The position numbers and the translations under genes are program-made. Source: an uncultured delta proteobacterium (lineage in GTDB: Bacteria > Myxococcota_A > Polyangia > Polyangiales > Polyangiaceae). From it: a stretch of 64,000 nt of DNA. Of the stretch, positions 20,660 to 30,928 are shown one piece after another. The notes beneath the pieces were generated by a model. The model was not told the DNA's origin. It saw nothing but the letters and a program-made list of their open reading frames with translations, and did not search any database. The stretch spans positions 256,001 through 320,000 of the forward strand of contig CAWDXG010000003.1 in the NCBI GenBank assembly GCA_963806225.1. The letters are read 5' to 3'. Numbering within the stretch: position 1 is the stretch's first letter; each line of letters opens with the position of its first letter.

Positions 20660-21915
20660 CGCCCTTCCGTCGGCCTCGCCCCCGTCTCCGCCGCCAAGCC
20701 GCAGCTTCGCGCCCATTGTGTCGGCCTCGCCGACATTGCCGCCAAGCCGTAGCTTCGCCGCCCTGATGTCGGCCTCGCCGACAGTTCCGCCGCCAAGCCG
20801 TAGCTTCGCCACCCTGATGTCGGCCTCGCCGACAGTTCCGCCGCCAAGCCCGCGCTTCGAGCCCATCGTGTCGGCCAGACCGACATTTCGAGCCCCTTGA
20901 CGTAGCTTCGCCACCCTGATGTCGGCCTCGCCGACAGTTCCGCCGCCAAGCCGTAGCTTCGCCACCCTGATGTCGGCCTCGCCGACATTGCCGCCAAGCC
21001 GTAGCTTCGCCACCCTGATGTCGGCCTCGCCGACAGTTCCGCCGCCAAGCCGCAGCTTCGCGCCCATGGTGTCGGCCTCGCCGACAGTTCCGCCGCCAAG
21101 CCGTAGCTTCGCCGCCCTGATGTCGGCCTCGCCGACAGTTCCGCCGCCAAGCCGTAGCTTCGCCACCCTGATGTCGGCCTCGCCGACAGTTCCGCCGCCA
21201 AGCCGTAGCTTCGCCACCCTGATGTCGGCCTCGCCGACATTGCCGCCGCCAAGCCGTAGCTTCGCCACCCTGATGTCGGCCTCGCCGACATTGCCGCCGC
21301 CAAGCCGTAGCTTCGCCACCCTGATGTCGGCCTCGCCGACATTGCCGCCGCCAAGCCGTAGCTTCGCCACCCTGATGTCGGCCTCGCCGACAGTTCCGCC
21401 GCCAAGCCCGCGCTTCGAGCCCATCGTGTCGGCCAGACCGACATTTCCGCCGGGAAGCCCGCGCTTCGAGCCCATCGTGTCGGCCAGACCGACATTTCCG
21501 CCGGGAAGCCCGCGCTTCGAGCTCATTGTGTCGGCCGGACCGACATTTCCGCCGTCAAGCCCGCGCTTCGAGCTCATTGTGTCGGCCAGACCGACATTTC
21601 GAGCCCCTTGACGTAGCTTCGCCACCCTGATGTCGGCCTCGCCGACATTTCCGCCGCCAAGCCCGCGCTTCGAGCCCATCGTGTCGGCCAGACCGACATT
21701 TCGAGCCCCTTGACGTAGCTTCGCCACCCTGATGTCGGCCTCGCCGACATTTCCGCCGCCAAGCCCGCGCTTCGAGCTCATTGTGTCGGCCAGACCGACA
21801 GTTCCGCCGGGAAGCCCGCGCTTCGAGCTCATTGTGTCGGCCGGACCGACATTTCCGCCGTCAAGCCCGCGCTTCGAGCCCATTGTGTCGGCCAGACCGA
21901 CATTTCCGCCGGGAA
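20660..21915 (+). repeat. 51/48-bp palindromic repeat array, subtype A, about 25 units
   Basis: TGTCGGCCTCGCCGACA / TGTCGGCCAGACCGACA hairpins with CCAAGCCGTAGCTT cores. Confidence 0.95.
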
Positions 21916-22140
21916 GCGGACGCTTGACGGCTTCCTGGCGGTCGCGCGCCGCGGTCCCCCTCCTGAGGCGGCGGAGCCGGCGATTTGGAGGGGGCGGCCG
22001 CGCGCAGCCGCCGCAGGCGGCGAGCACGGACCGGGGGGAGGCAACTGTTGCGCAGAACCTCGACGACAGTTCGGCGGCGTGCGGCGCGATCGCGTGCGCG
22101 GCGATTCCTGGCAATCGAGCGTGCGGCGGGCCGATAGACT

Positions 22141-22951
22141 GTGGTGACGTTCGTGCACCTGACTGCGCACGCGCTGACCGGCAAGAAGCCGTTCGTCGAC
22201 CCGGATGTGGCGCTGTGTTTCTGGCGGAGCCTGCAGAGGCTCGCGCCGCACGCCGTCGCGGCGTGCTTGATGCCCAACCACCCGCATCTGGTCGTGCCAA
22301 CGGACGCGCCGGACAAGTTGCACGCGCAGTTCGCCCAGCGGTTGGCTGCGTTCGCGCGGGCGCACAACATGGGGCGCACCTGGCAGCGCGTGCCACCCGC
22401 GGAAGTCGTGCGTCCCGATCGACTCGTCGCCGTCATCCGCTACGTGCATCTCAATCCGCCCCGCGGGGGGCTGGTAGGCGACCCGCTGGAGTGGCTGCTG
22501 TCGACCCATCGAGGCGTGGTCGGCGCGGAGCTCGAATCCGTGGGTGACGGCAGATCGATTGGCGGACGTGCTCGGCCGCCGACGCGAGCACTTCGAAGCG
22601 TGGTTCCATCGCATCGTGACGGACGACTCGTCCGTGAGAACGGGAGGCACGCCTTTGCCGCAACCCGCGCCGGCGCGAATCGTTCCGGCAGTGCCGCTCG
22701 AGCAGATCGCGTTGGCCGCGCACTCGGCAGCGCACGGCTGTCGCATCATCGAGCGGCGCGCGCTGGTAGCGCTCGCGCGGCACCAGGGTTGGAAGGATGC
22801 GGCGTTGATCGCTCGCGTCGCGGGCATCACGCCGGACTCGGTGCGGCGGTTGGCGCGACGCCCCGAGCCGGAGCTGGTGCGGGTCGGCGCGCTGTGTCTG
22901 AACGATGCGCGGCTACGATGCGTACCGCGCGCGCGCCACCAGGGCTCGTAG
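22141..22951 (+). mobile_element. HUH/Y1 REP-associated tyrosine transposase-like (RAYT) gene with C-terminal helical/HTH-like region, apparent frameshift near 22535
   Basis: HLTAH, CLMPNHPHLVV (HUH), IRYVHLNPPRGGLV.DP.EW..S.HR (catalytic Tyr region). Removing one A gives ELDPWVTADRL and joins the 22544-22951 frame. Confidence 0.8.
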
Positions 22952-22954
22952 GAA

Positions 22955-23197
22955 GCGGGCTCGTCGCACGAGCGTCGATGCGTGCGGGCTCGTCGCACGA
23001 GCGTCGATGCGTGCGGGCTCGCCGCATGAGCGTCGATGCGTGCGGGCTCGCCGCATGAGCGTCGATGCGTGCGGGCTCGTCGCACGAGCGTCGATGCGTG
23101 CGGGCTCGTCGCATGAGCGTCGATGCGTGCGGGCTCGTCGCATGAGCGTCGATGCGTGCGGGCTCGCCGCATGAGCGTCGATGCGTGCGGGCTCGTC
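22955..23197. repeat. 29-bp tandem GCGGGCTCG(T/C)CGCA(C/T)GAGCGTCGATGCGT, about 8 copies
   Basis: Directly visible. Internal GCTC...GAGC hairpin. Confidence 0.95.
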
Positions 23198-23526
23198 GAC
23201 AGTTCCGCCGCCAAGCCCGCGCTTCGAGCCCATCGTGTCGGCCTCGCCGACATTTTCGCCGCCAAGCCCGCGCTTCGAGCCCATTGTGGCGGCCAGACCG
23301 ACATTTCGAGCCCCTTGACGTAGCTTCGCCACCCTGATGTCGGCCTCGCCGACATTTCCGCCGCCAAGCCCGCGCTTCGAGCCCATTGTGGCGGCCAGAC
23401 CGACATTTCCGCCGTCAAGCCGACGCTTGACGCCCTTCCAGGCGGTCGCACGCCGCAGTCCCCCCGCGCCCCGCGCCCCGCGCCCCGCGCCCCGCGCCCC
23501 GCGCTCTCCCCGCGCCCGCGCCCGCG
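23198..23526 (+). repeat. Subtype A 51-bp units (about 4) followed by CCCCGCG microsatellite
   Basis: Directly visible. Confidence 0.9.
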
Positions 23527-24759
23527 CTAGACCGCCGCCGTCTCTTCGAGCTCGCGCGAGCGGGTTTCGGGGAGGAGCCACAGGATCAGGATCACGGCGA
23601 GGATCGGGAAGATGGCGGTGACGCGGACGGCGTGACCCCAGCCGACGTGACCGGCGGCGTAGCCGACTGCGACCGGGGAGAGCACGTAGCCGATGCGACC
23701 GATCAGGTTGTTGGACCAGGCAAAGGCGTCGCCGCGGAGCTCGGTCGGGAACAGCTCGGCGTTGTAGGCGTTGAGCACGGGCAGCACGGCGCTCGCGCCG
23801 AAGATCGCGAACACCAGCGTGAGCGTCAGCGGCCACTGGCCGTGCAGCGTGTAGCAGCCGAAGATGCCGACGGAGGCCAGGCCGAAGATCACGACGGCGC
23901 CCATGCGCCGTCCGATCAGATCCAGCAGCTTGCCGGCGAAGAAGACCAGCGGCATCGAGACGAGGGCGGCGATGGTGATCGCCTTGCCAACGTCGCTGTC
24001 GGTCATGCCGCGCTCGCCGACGGCGAATTCCTTCCAGAACGTCACGCCGTTCTGCGTGCAGATGTACGTGAGAAACCAGATGAGACCCAGCTGCAGCATG
24101 CGCTTCCGGTACGGCGAGCGGAAGATCGCTGTGAAGGGCTTGGCGACGTGCGAGGTCACCTGCTCGGAGAAGCGCCGCGTCTCGCGCAGGTTGCGCCGCG
24201 CAAACGCCAGCACGACGAGTGGGATGATGCCGACGAAGTAGACGCTCCGCCAACCGAACGGCGTCTTCAAGAGCAGCGGCACCACGCCCGCGCAGGTGAC
24301 CGCGCCCAGGCTCGAGAATGCGCTGATGACTCCGATGACCATTCCGCGGCGCGCGGCGGGGTACTCCTCGGCCGCCATGACGGTGCTGGTCGCCCACTCG
24401 CCGATCAGGAAGATGCGCGCGATCATCTGGAAGGCGGCGAACGCCCACACGTTGGGCGACAGCCCGGTCAGCGCCGTGAAGATCGTGTAGCCGGCGATGG
24501 TGACCGTCAGCACGCGCTTGCGACCGAAACGGTCGGCGCGCCGCACCAACAGGTACGCGACCACCGTGCCGAAGTTGATGAAGCCGACGAGGTAACCGGC
24601 GACAGCGTGGCTGAAGCCGAAGGCCTTCTGCAGGTTCGGCAGGATCTGGGTCAGCGCGAGGAAGTCGTAGCCCTCGAAGAACGTCGCGACGCTAAGGAAG
24701 ACAAACAGCCGGCGCTGGTACGACGTGAGTCGTTCGGTCACCGGGTGCCCCGCACGCAC
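23527..24759 (-). CDS. MFS transporter
   Basis: FFEGYD, ADRFGRKRVL, EEYPAARRG, AELFPTELRG, LPETR, about 12 TM segments. Confidence 0.92.
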   Translation of the reverse strand: MRAGHPVTERLTSYQRRLFVFLSVATFFEGYDFLALTQILPNLQKAFGFSHAVAGYLVGFINFGTVVAYLLVRRADRFGRKRVLTVTIAGYTIFTALTGLSPNVWAFAAFQMIARIFLIGEWATSTVMAAEEYPAARRGMVIGVISAFSSLGAVTCAGVVPLLLKTPFGWRSVYFVGIIPLVVLAFARRNLRETRRFSEQVTSHVAKPFTAIFRSPYRKRMLQLGLIWFLTYICTQNGVTFWKEFAVGERGMTDSDVGKAITIAALVSMPLVFFAGKLLDLIGRRMGAVVIFGLASVGIFGCYTLHGQWPLTLTLVFAIFGASAVLPVLNAYNAELFPTELRGDAFAWSNNLIGRIGYVLSPVAVGYAAGHVGWGHAVRVTAIFPILAVILILWLLPETRSRELEETAAV

Positions 24760-24884
24760 ACCTTATCGCAAGGCGCGATGACCGGTGTCAACGCGGAGAC
24801 ACGTGCACAAGGCGTCCACGGAAGCTTCGGCGAGCGACTGCGAGCCCGCGACGAATCGCGTCGGGGGTCCGGGGGCGGTGAGCG

Positions 24885-25658
24885 CTAGCTGATGACGCCG
24901 GTTTCCGGGCTCGACGCGGTGGCGTACAGCTTCTTCGGCATCCGCCCCGCGAGGAACGCCTTGCGCCCGGCGCTGATGGCCTCGCGCATCGCCTCGGCCA
25001 TCATGATCGGCTTCTTCGCGCCCGCGATGGCGGTGTTCATCAGCACGCCGTCGCAGCCGAGCTCCATCGCCACGGCGGCGTCGCTGGCCGTGCCCACGCC
25101 CGCGTCGACGATCACCGGCACCTTCGCGCGCTCCAGGATGATGCGCAGGTTGTACGGATTGCGGATGCCGAGCCCGGAGCCGATCGGCGCCGCCAGCGGC
25201 ATCACCGCCGCGCAGCCGATGTCCTCGAGCTTGCGGCACACGATCGGGTCGTCCATGCAGTACGGCAGCACGGTGAAGCCCTCCTTCACCAGCGTCTTGG
25301 CCGCCTCGAGCGTCTGCTCGTTGTCGGGGTAGAGCGTGTCCTTGTCGCCGAGGACCTCGAGCTTGACGATGTCGGCGATGCCCAGCTCGCGCGCCAGCCT
25401 GAGCGTGCGCACTGCCTCCTCGGCCGTGAAGCAGCCCGCCGTGTTCGGCAGGATGGTCCAGCGCTTGCTCGTGACGAGCTCCATCATCGAGCCGGAGCTC
25501 CGGTCCTTCAGATCCACGCGGCGCAGCGCGACCGTCACTACCTCCGCGCCGGACGCCTCCAGCGCTGCGCGCGTCTCGACCACGTCCTTGTACTTGCCGG
25601 TGCCGACGAAGAGCCGCGACTTGAAGGTGTGCTTGCCGATCGTGAGGACGTCTTCCAT
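24885..25658 (-). CDS. thiG: Thiazole synthase
   Basis: [50 protein letters not shown]. Confidence 0.97.
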   Translation of the reverse strand: MEDVLTIGKHTFKSRLFVGTGKYKDVVETRAALEASGAEVVTVALRRVDLKDRSSGSMMELVTSKRWTILPNTAGCFTAEEAVRTLRLARELGIADIVKLEVLGDKDTLYPDNEQTLEAAKTLVKEGFTVLPYCMDDPIVCRKLEDIGCAAVMPLAAPIGSGLGIRNPYNLRIILERAKVPVIVDAGVGTASDAAVAMELGCDGVLMNTAIAGAKKPIMMAEAMREAISAGRKAFLAGRMPKKLYATASSPETGVIS

Positions 25659-25712
25659 GCCGGCGGACTAGCGCCGCCCGGGCGCCGGGGCAAGCGCGCC
25701 GGTCATGCACCG

Positions 25713-26900
25713 CTACTTGCAGGGAACGTCGTGGACGATCGCGTCGACGGCGTCGCCAACGGCCTTGATCGGGTTGCCGGCCGAGACCACGTACGCCGTC
25801 CCCGTGCCGGCGGCCTGGGCGACCAGATCCAGGTTCGCCGTCGTGCCGATGCCGACCACGTACGTCTTGATCGACGGCGAGCCGGTGAATGCCGTCGCCG
25901 CCTTGGCCGCAACGCCGTTGATGTCGTTGCCCGTGCAGCTCGTGGGCTCGCCGTCCGTGATGAGCAACACCGACGCGATGTGTCCCGGGTGGGCCTTCAG
26001 GAAGCTCTTCGTGTAGTCGTAGGTCCCCTCGAGCGCGGGAGCCATCGGCGTCGCGCTGCCGTCGGGCGTGGTCGCGTTGACAGCGTCCGAGATCTTCGTG
26101 ATGACGCCCGGCACCGGGCTGACCTGCACCGCAGGCGACGCGTAGTCCGACGCGATACACGAGACGTCGGCACTGTACGACCCGTTGCACGTACCGAACG
26201 ACGGCATGCACGGGCCATACGCGCCGCAGTCCGCGTCGGTCGTGCACGAGCTCGGCGGCGGCGCGCCGGTCGGCGCCACCGGGAAGAACCCCAGCCCCAC
26301 GCCGCCGACGCCCGGTGCGCCCAACGCGCCCAGGCCCTGCGTCACGTTCGTCCACTTGCTCTGGTCCTGCATCGACGCCGAGCGATCGAGCAGCACCACG
26401 ATGTCGAGCGGCTTCTTCGAGCAGCCCGCGTCGCTGCCGCCCGTGCCGCCCGTGCCGCCCGTGCTGGTGCCGCCGCTGCCGCCGGTGCTGGTGCCGCCGC
26501 TACCCGCGGTGCCGCCGTCCGCGCCCCCCGCGCCCCCGCTGCCCGCCGAAGTACACCAACCGTGCGCCTTGTCGCACAGCTGCCCCAGCGGCTTGCACTG
26601 CTTGTCCGTCACGCACACGCGGTGACACATCTGGTCGGGACCGCACAGGTCGCCGGTGCGGCAGTCGTTGTTGCCGACGCACTGCACGCAGGTCGAGCTC
26701 GACGGGTCGCACACCTGATCCGCCGGGCAGTCGAGCGAGGTCTTGCAGGTCGCGCTCGCCGTGCCGCCCGTGCCCCCGGAACCGGCCGCGGCTCCACCCG
26801 CGCCGGGTCCCCCGGACACGAGATCGTTGTTCGAGCTACCGCAGCCCACCGCCGCCAGCAGCGCCAGCGCGCCGATCCCAAGCCAAGCTGTCCTACGCAT
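25713..26900 (-). CDS. Lipoprotein with Cys-rich repeats and von Willebrand A domain
   Basis: AVGC lipobox, Cys repeats, LLDRSASM (MIDAS), TPMAPAL, LITDGEP, TYVVGIG. Confidence 0.88.
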   Translation of the reverse strand: MRRTAWLGIGALALLAAVGCGSSNNDLVSGGPGAGGAAAGSGGTGGTASATCKTSLDCPADQVCDPSSSTCVQCVGNNDCRTGDLCGPDQMCHRVCVTDKQCKPLGQLCDKAHGWCTSAGSGGAGGADGGTAGSGGTSTGGSGGTSTGGTGGTGGSDAGCSKKPLDIVVLLDRSASMQDQSKWTNVTQGLGALGAPGVGGVGLGFFPVAPTGAPPPSSCTTDADCGAYGPCMPSFGTCNGSYSADVSCIASDYASPAVQVSPVPGVITKISDAVNATTPDGSATPMAPALEGTYDYTKSFLKAHPGHIASVLLITDGEPTSCTGNDINGVAAKAATAFTGSPSIKTYVVGIGTTANLDLVAQAAGTGTAYVVSAGNPIKAVGDAVDAIVHDVPCK

Positions 26901-26939
26901 GCGCAGATGTACGGCGAGGTGCGGAGGTGTCTTCCCTGG

Positions 26940-27250
26940 CGGCGCGCCGCACAGCGACGCGGGCGCGCGCCGCACAGCGACGCGGCGGCGCGCCGCACAG
27001 CGACGCGGCGGCGTGGGGCCCCCTGAGCGCGCGTTCGCGCGCGATTTGGGGGCCCGCGCCGCGCGCAGCCCCCGCGGGGCGAGCACGGCGCGCCGCACAG
27101 CGACGCGGGCGCGCGCCGCACAGCGACGCGGCGGCGTGGGGCCCCCTGAGCGCGCGTTCGCGCGCGATTTGGGGGCCCGCGCCGCGCGCAGCCCCCGCGG
27201 GGCGAGCACGGCGCGCCGCACAGCGACGCGGGCGCGCGCGGGGCAACCCC
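26940..27250 (-). other. Dispersed hairpin element, copy 3 (reverse, hairpin duplicated at 123-bp period) plus ~23-bp tandem
   Basis: Reverse complement reads GGGGTTGCCCC...GGGCCCCC-AAAT-inner stem-GGGGGCCC-CAC twice, then CCGCGTCGCTGTGCGGCGCGC repeats. Confidence 0.8.
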
Positions 27251-27252
27251 AA

Positions 27253-27478
27253 ACGGGCATTTTCGGCCGCAAGTTCGCGCTTGATGGCCAAAATGCCCGC
27301 CAGACGGGCATTTTGATGCGCAAGCTCGAGCTTGATGGCCAAAATGCCCGCCAGACGGGCATTTTTATGTGCAAGCTCGGGGGCGGTGGCCGAAATGCCA
27401 GAAATCTGCCCTGATCGAGGAGACAGACGGGCATTTTGATGCGCAAGCTCGAGCTTGGTGGCCGAAATGCCCGCCAGA
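27253..27478 (-). repeat. 51-bp palindromic repeat array, subtype B (CGGGCATTT...AAATGCCCG), reverse orientation, about 4 units
   Basis: Junction tgcccgccagacgggca is the near reverse complement of tgcccgtctgacgggca at 33.1 kb. Confidence 0.85.
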
Positions 27479-27519
27479 GATGTCTGGCGTGCATTCTGGG
27501 TGGCATGCCCCCATTCCGC

Positions 27520-27862
27520 ACGTCGTATCGGCCGCCGCCCGCGCGTCGTGGCGGCCGCCGCCCGCGCCCTTCCGCCGCCCGCGCGTTCCGCCGCCCGCGC
27601 GTCGTATCGGCCGCCCGCGCGTCGTATCGGCCGCCCGCGCGTTCCGCCGCCCGCGCGTCGTATCGGCCGCCGCCCGCGCGTCGTATCGGCCGCCCGCGCG
27701 TTCCGCCGCCCGCGCGTCGTGGCGGCCGCCGCCCGCGCGTCGTGGCGGCCGCCGCCCGCGCCCTTCCGCCGCCGCCCGCGCCGCGACTCGTAAATGCGCC
27801 CGGCCCCCGCGTTCCGCCGCCCGCGCGTTCCGCCGCCCGCGCGTTCCGCCGCCCGCGCCGCG
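27520..27862. repeat. Variable 16-23-bp tandem built on GCCGCCCGCGCGT
   Basis: Directly visible. Confidence 0.85.
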
Positions 27863-27904
27863 CCGTCGTACCAGCGTCGCGGCCGCGACGATTGCCGGCT
27901 CGCT

Positions 27905-28819
27905 TCAGCCGAACTTCCGCGCCGCTTCGTCCAGCCGCACGAAGCCGTAGCCGGCCGCCTTCAGCGTCTCGACGACCGCGCCGAGCGCGTCCAGCTTGCG
28001 CGCCAGCGGCACGCGCACATCCGGCTGGTGCGGGCGCAGCGCCTCGAGCCCGTCGCGGGCGTCCAGCACGTCGATGCCGTGCAGCTCCAGGTTCACGAGC
28101 GGCTCGCCGATCACGCCGCGCGTGAGCCAGCGCGCCCGCGTTGGCCCCGCCAGCGTCAGCGTCGTCCCGATGAAGGGCAGCCGCGCGCGCCGCGTCACCT
28201 GCACCGGCAGCTCGAGCAGCCCGCTGCCGCGCTTCCAGTACGGCTTGCCGATGCGATACGGCCGCATCGGCGCCGCGAGCACCGCCGGCGTGTCCAGCAC
28301 CGAGTGCGAGCGCCGCCGCCTGACGCGGATCGCCGCCAGCGCCGCCGCCTTGGCCGCGTAGTACGGCGGACACGGAAACACCGACGAGTCGTACTCGACG
28401 CCCGCCTCCGCCAGCACCTCGAACAGCTCGTCCGTGATCGTGTAGCCCGGCGCCCGGAAGCCGCGCGGCCGCTCCCCCGTCGCCCCCTCGATCACCTCGA
28501 TGCCAGAGCGCACCTGCCGCTCCATCTCCGCCCGGCTCTGGCGCGTCAGATCGTACAGGTGATCGAGCGAGTGGTTCGCGAGCTCATGCCCGCGTGCGCT
28601 CAAGGCCGAGAGCCGCGCCGCATTCCCCTCGCGCGCCATGTCGGCCCCGATCGCAAACAGCGTCAGCGGCAGCTCGTGCGCCCGCGCGAATTCATCGAGC
28701 CGCGGCAACGCCACGTCGTACACCGCGCTCGACGACGTGGGCGGCAGCCCGTGGATCGCGAAGTAGTGCGGGATCTCGTCCAGATCGACGCTGACGGCGC
28801 AGACGCGCATGAGCATCAT
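27905..28819 (-). CDS. Polysaccharide deacetylase family protein
   Basis: SVDLD, TLFAIG, GHELANHSLDH, GFRAPGY, EYDSSVFP. Confidence 0.9.
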   Translation of the reverse strand: MMLMRVCAVSVDLDEIPHYFAIHGLPPTSSSAVYDVALPRLDEFARAHELPLTLFAIGADMAREGNAARLSALSARGHELANHSLDHLYDLTRQSRAEMERQVRSGIEVIEGATGERPRGFRAPGYTITDELFEVLAEAGVEYDSSVFPCPPYYAAKAAALAAIRVRRRRSHSVLDTPAVLAAPMRPYRIGKPYWKRGSGLLELPVQVTRRARLPFIGTTLTLAGPTRARWLTRGVIGEPLVNLELHGIDVLDARDGLEALRPHQPDVRVPLARKLDALGAVVETLKAAGYGFVRLDEAARKFG

Positions 28820-28875
28820 GTACCCGAACGCAAACCCCGCGTCCGCCCCATCCGCCCACGCGACGGCGGCGGCGC

Positions 28876-28986
28876 AGGTGACGGCGCGTCCGCCCGGGTG
28901 ACGGCGCGTCCGCCCGGGTGAGGGCGCGTCCGCCCGGGTGACGGCGCGTCCGCCCGGGTGACGGCGCGTCCGCCCGGGTGACGGCG
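28876..28986. repeat. 21/20-bp tandem GGTGACGGCGCGTCCGCCCG, about 5 copies
   Basis: Directly visible. Confidence 0.9.
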
Positions 28987-29004
28987 GCAGCGCAGCTCAC
29001 CCGT

Positions 29005-29021
29005 CATGGATTATGTAAACT
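29005..29021 (+). promoter_or_regulatory. dif-like XerD-arm motif (CATGGA-TTATGTAAACT)
   Basis: Second copy of the motif at 16203. Confidence 0.45.
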
Positions 29022-29087
29022 CGTTTGAGCGTGGATCGATACTGTTCGCGGCATTCCGCGCCGCACAGCCGTCGACCTCCCCCGTCG

Positions 29088-29643
29088 CGGGCATTTCACC
29101 CTCCAAGCCCGAGCTTGCCACCCAAAATGCCCGTTTCGCGCCCATTCCACCCCTCTGCGACGAGCTTGCCACCCAAAATGCCCGTTTCGCGCCCATTCCA
29201 CCCCTCTGCGACGAGCTTGCCACCCAAAATGCCCGTCTCGCGCCCATTCCACCCCTCTGCGACGAGCTTGCCCCACAAAATGCCCGTCTCCCGGGCATTT
29301 CACCCTCCAAGCCCGAGCTTGCCCCACAAAATGCCCGTCTCACGGGCATTTCACCCTCCAAGCCCGAGCTTGCTCACCAAAATGCCCGTCTCGCGCGCGT
29401 TTTGACCTCCAAGCCCGAGCTTGCCACCCAAAATGCCCGTCTCACGGGCATTTCACCCTCCAAGCCCGAGCTTGCTCACCAAAATGCCCGTCTCGCGCGC
29501 GTTTTGACCTCCAAGCCCGGCTTGCCCCACAAAATGCCCGTCTCACGGGCATTTCACCCTCCAAGCCCGAGCTTGCCACCCAAAATGCCCGTCTCACGGG
29601 CATTTCACCCTCCAAGCCCGAGCTTGCCCCACAAAATGCCCGT
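29088..29643 (+). repeat. 51-bp palindromic repeat array, subtype B, about 11 units
   Basis: cgggcatttcaccctccaagcccgagcttgccacccaaaatgcccgtctca and variants. Confidence 0.95.
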
Positions 29644-29670
29644 TTCGCACCGTTCCCCACGCTTGGTGGA

Positions 29671-29785
29671 GGGCTGCCCCCACGAAGCGCCGCGCTCCGC
29701 GCGCCGCCGCACTTCCGCGGCGCGGCGCGCTACCGCGCGCCGCGGGCCCCCAAGTCCGGGCGCGACGCCCGGCCGGGGGCCCCAC
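29671..29785 (+). other. Dispersed hairpin element, copy 4
   Basis: GGGCTGCCCC...GGGCCCCC-AAGT-CCGGGCG-cga-CGCCCGG-cc-GGGGGCCC-CAC. Confidence 0.8.
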
Positions 29786-29812
29786 GTCCCTGCCGACACG
29801 TCCCTGCGCGCG

Positions 29813-30928
29813 TCACGCCCGGCGCGAGCTCGTCGCGAAATCGCGCACTGCGGCCACGACCTCCGCGCGCTCGATCCCTGACAGCTCCGGGTACAGCGGG
29901 ATCGACACCACCTCCGCGGCCGCCGCCTCGGCGCGCGGGCACGCCCCCTGGCGCATGCCGAGTGGCGCCAGCGCGGGCTGCGCGTACAGAGGCCGGTCAT
30001 AGTAGACGGCGGTGGCCACGTCGCGTTCCTTCAGGAAAGTGCGGAACTCGTCGCGCCGCGCGACGCGCAGTGTGTAGTGCGCCCACGCGGGCGCGGCGCC
30101 CGACGCCACCGCGGGCAGCGCGACGCCGTCGAGCCCCGCGAGCTCCGCGTCGTAGGCCGCCGCGTGCCCGGCGCGCGCCGACAGGTAGTGATCGAGATGC
30201 GGCAGCTTCACGGACAGGAGCGCCGCCTGCAGGGCGTCCAGCCGGAAATTGCCGCCCACCCACTCGTGCTCGCCGCGGCGCGGCGCGCCGTGCGCGCGCA
30301 GTGCGCGGCAGCGTGCCGCCAGATCGTCGTCATTCGTCACGATCATGCCGCCGTCGCCGAACCCGCCCAGCGGCTTGGACGGAAAGAAGCTGAAACACCC
30401 GAGCGTCCCCCACGCGCCGGCGCGCTTGCCCTGCCACGCCGCGCCGAGCGCCTGGGCCGCGTCCTCCACGACGGGCACGCCGTGACGCCCGGCAATCTCG
30501 AGCAGCGAGCTCAACCGCACCGTCTGCCCGAACAGATGCACCGGCACGATCGCGCGTGTGCGCGGTCCGATCGCCGCCTCGAGCTCCGCCAGATCCATGT
30601 TGAACGTGCCCGCGTCGATGTCCACGAAGCGCGGCCGCGCGCCGAGCCGCAGGATCGCGCCGACCGTCGCGAAAAACGAAAACGGCGTGGTGATCACCTC
30701 GTCGCCCGGCCGCACCTCCAGCGCCATCAGCGTGCACAGCAGCGCATCGCTGCCGCTTGAGACCCCGACGGCGTGCCGTACGCCCACGTAGCTGGCGATC
30801 CCACTCTCGAAGCGCTCCACCGCCTCGCCCAGGATGAACCGTTCCGACTCCAGCACCGCCTCGAACGCCGCGCGCAGCTCGCCGGCGAGCGCCGCGTGCT
30901 GCGCCGATAGATCCACCAGCGGGATCAT
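29813..30928 (-). CDS. DegT/DnrJ/EryC1/StrS aminotransferase
   Basis: MIPLVDL, VSSGSDAL, VPVHLFGQ, EDAAQALG, SFFPSKPLGGFGDGG, GNFRLDALQAA. Confidence 0.95.
   Translation of the reverse strand: MIPLVDLSAQHAALAGELRAAFEAVLESERFILGEAVERFESGIASYVGVRHAVGVSSGSDALLCTLMALEVRPGDEVITTPFSFFATVGAILRLGARPRFVDIDAGTFNMDLAELEAAIGPRTRAIVPVHLFGQTVRLSSLLEIAGRHGVPVVEDAAQALGAAWQGKRAGAWGTLGCFSFFPSKPLGGFGDGGMIVTNDDDLAARCRALRAHGAPRRGEHEWVGGNFRLDALQAALLSVKLPHLDHYLSARAGHAAAYDAELAGLDGVALPAVASGAAPAWAHYTLRVARRDEFRTFLKERDVATAVYYDRPLYAQPALAPLGMRQGACPRAEAAAAEVVSIPLYPELSGIERAEVVAAVRDFATSSRRA

Noticed and set aside
25659..25712. TPP riboswitch upstream of thiG or thiE
   Set aside because: The intergenic space is too short and no TPP consensus was recognised.
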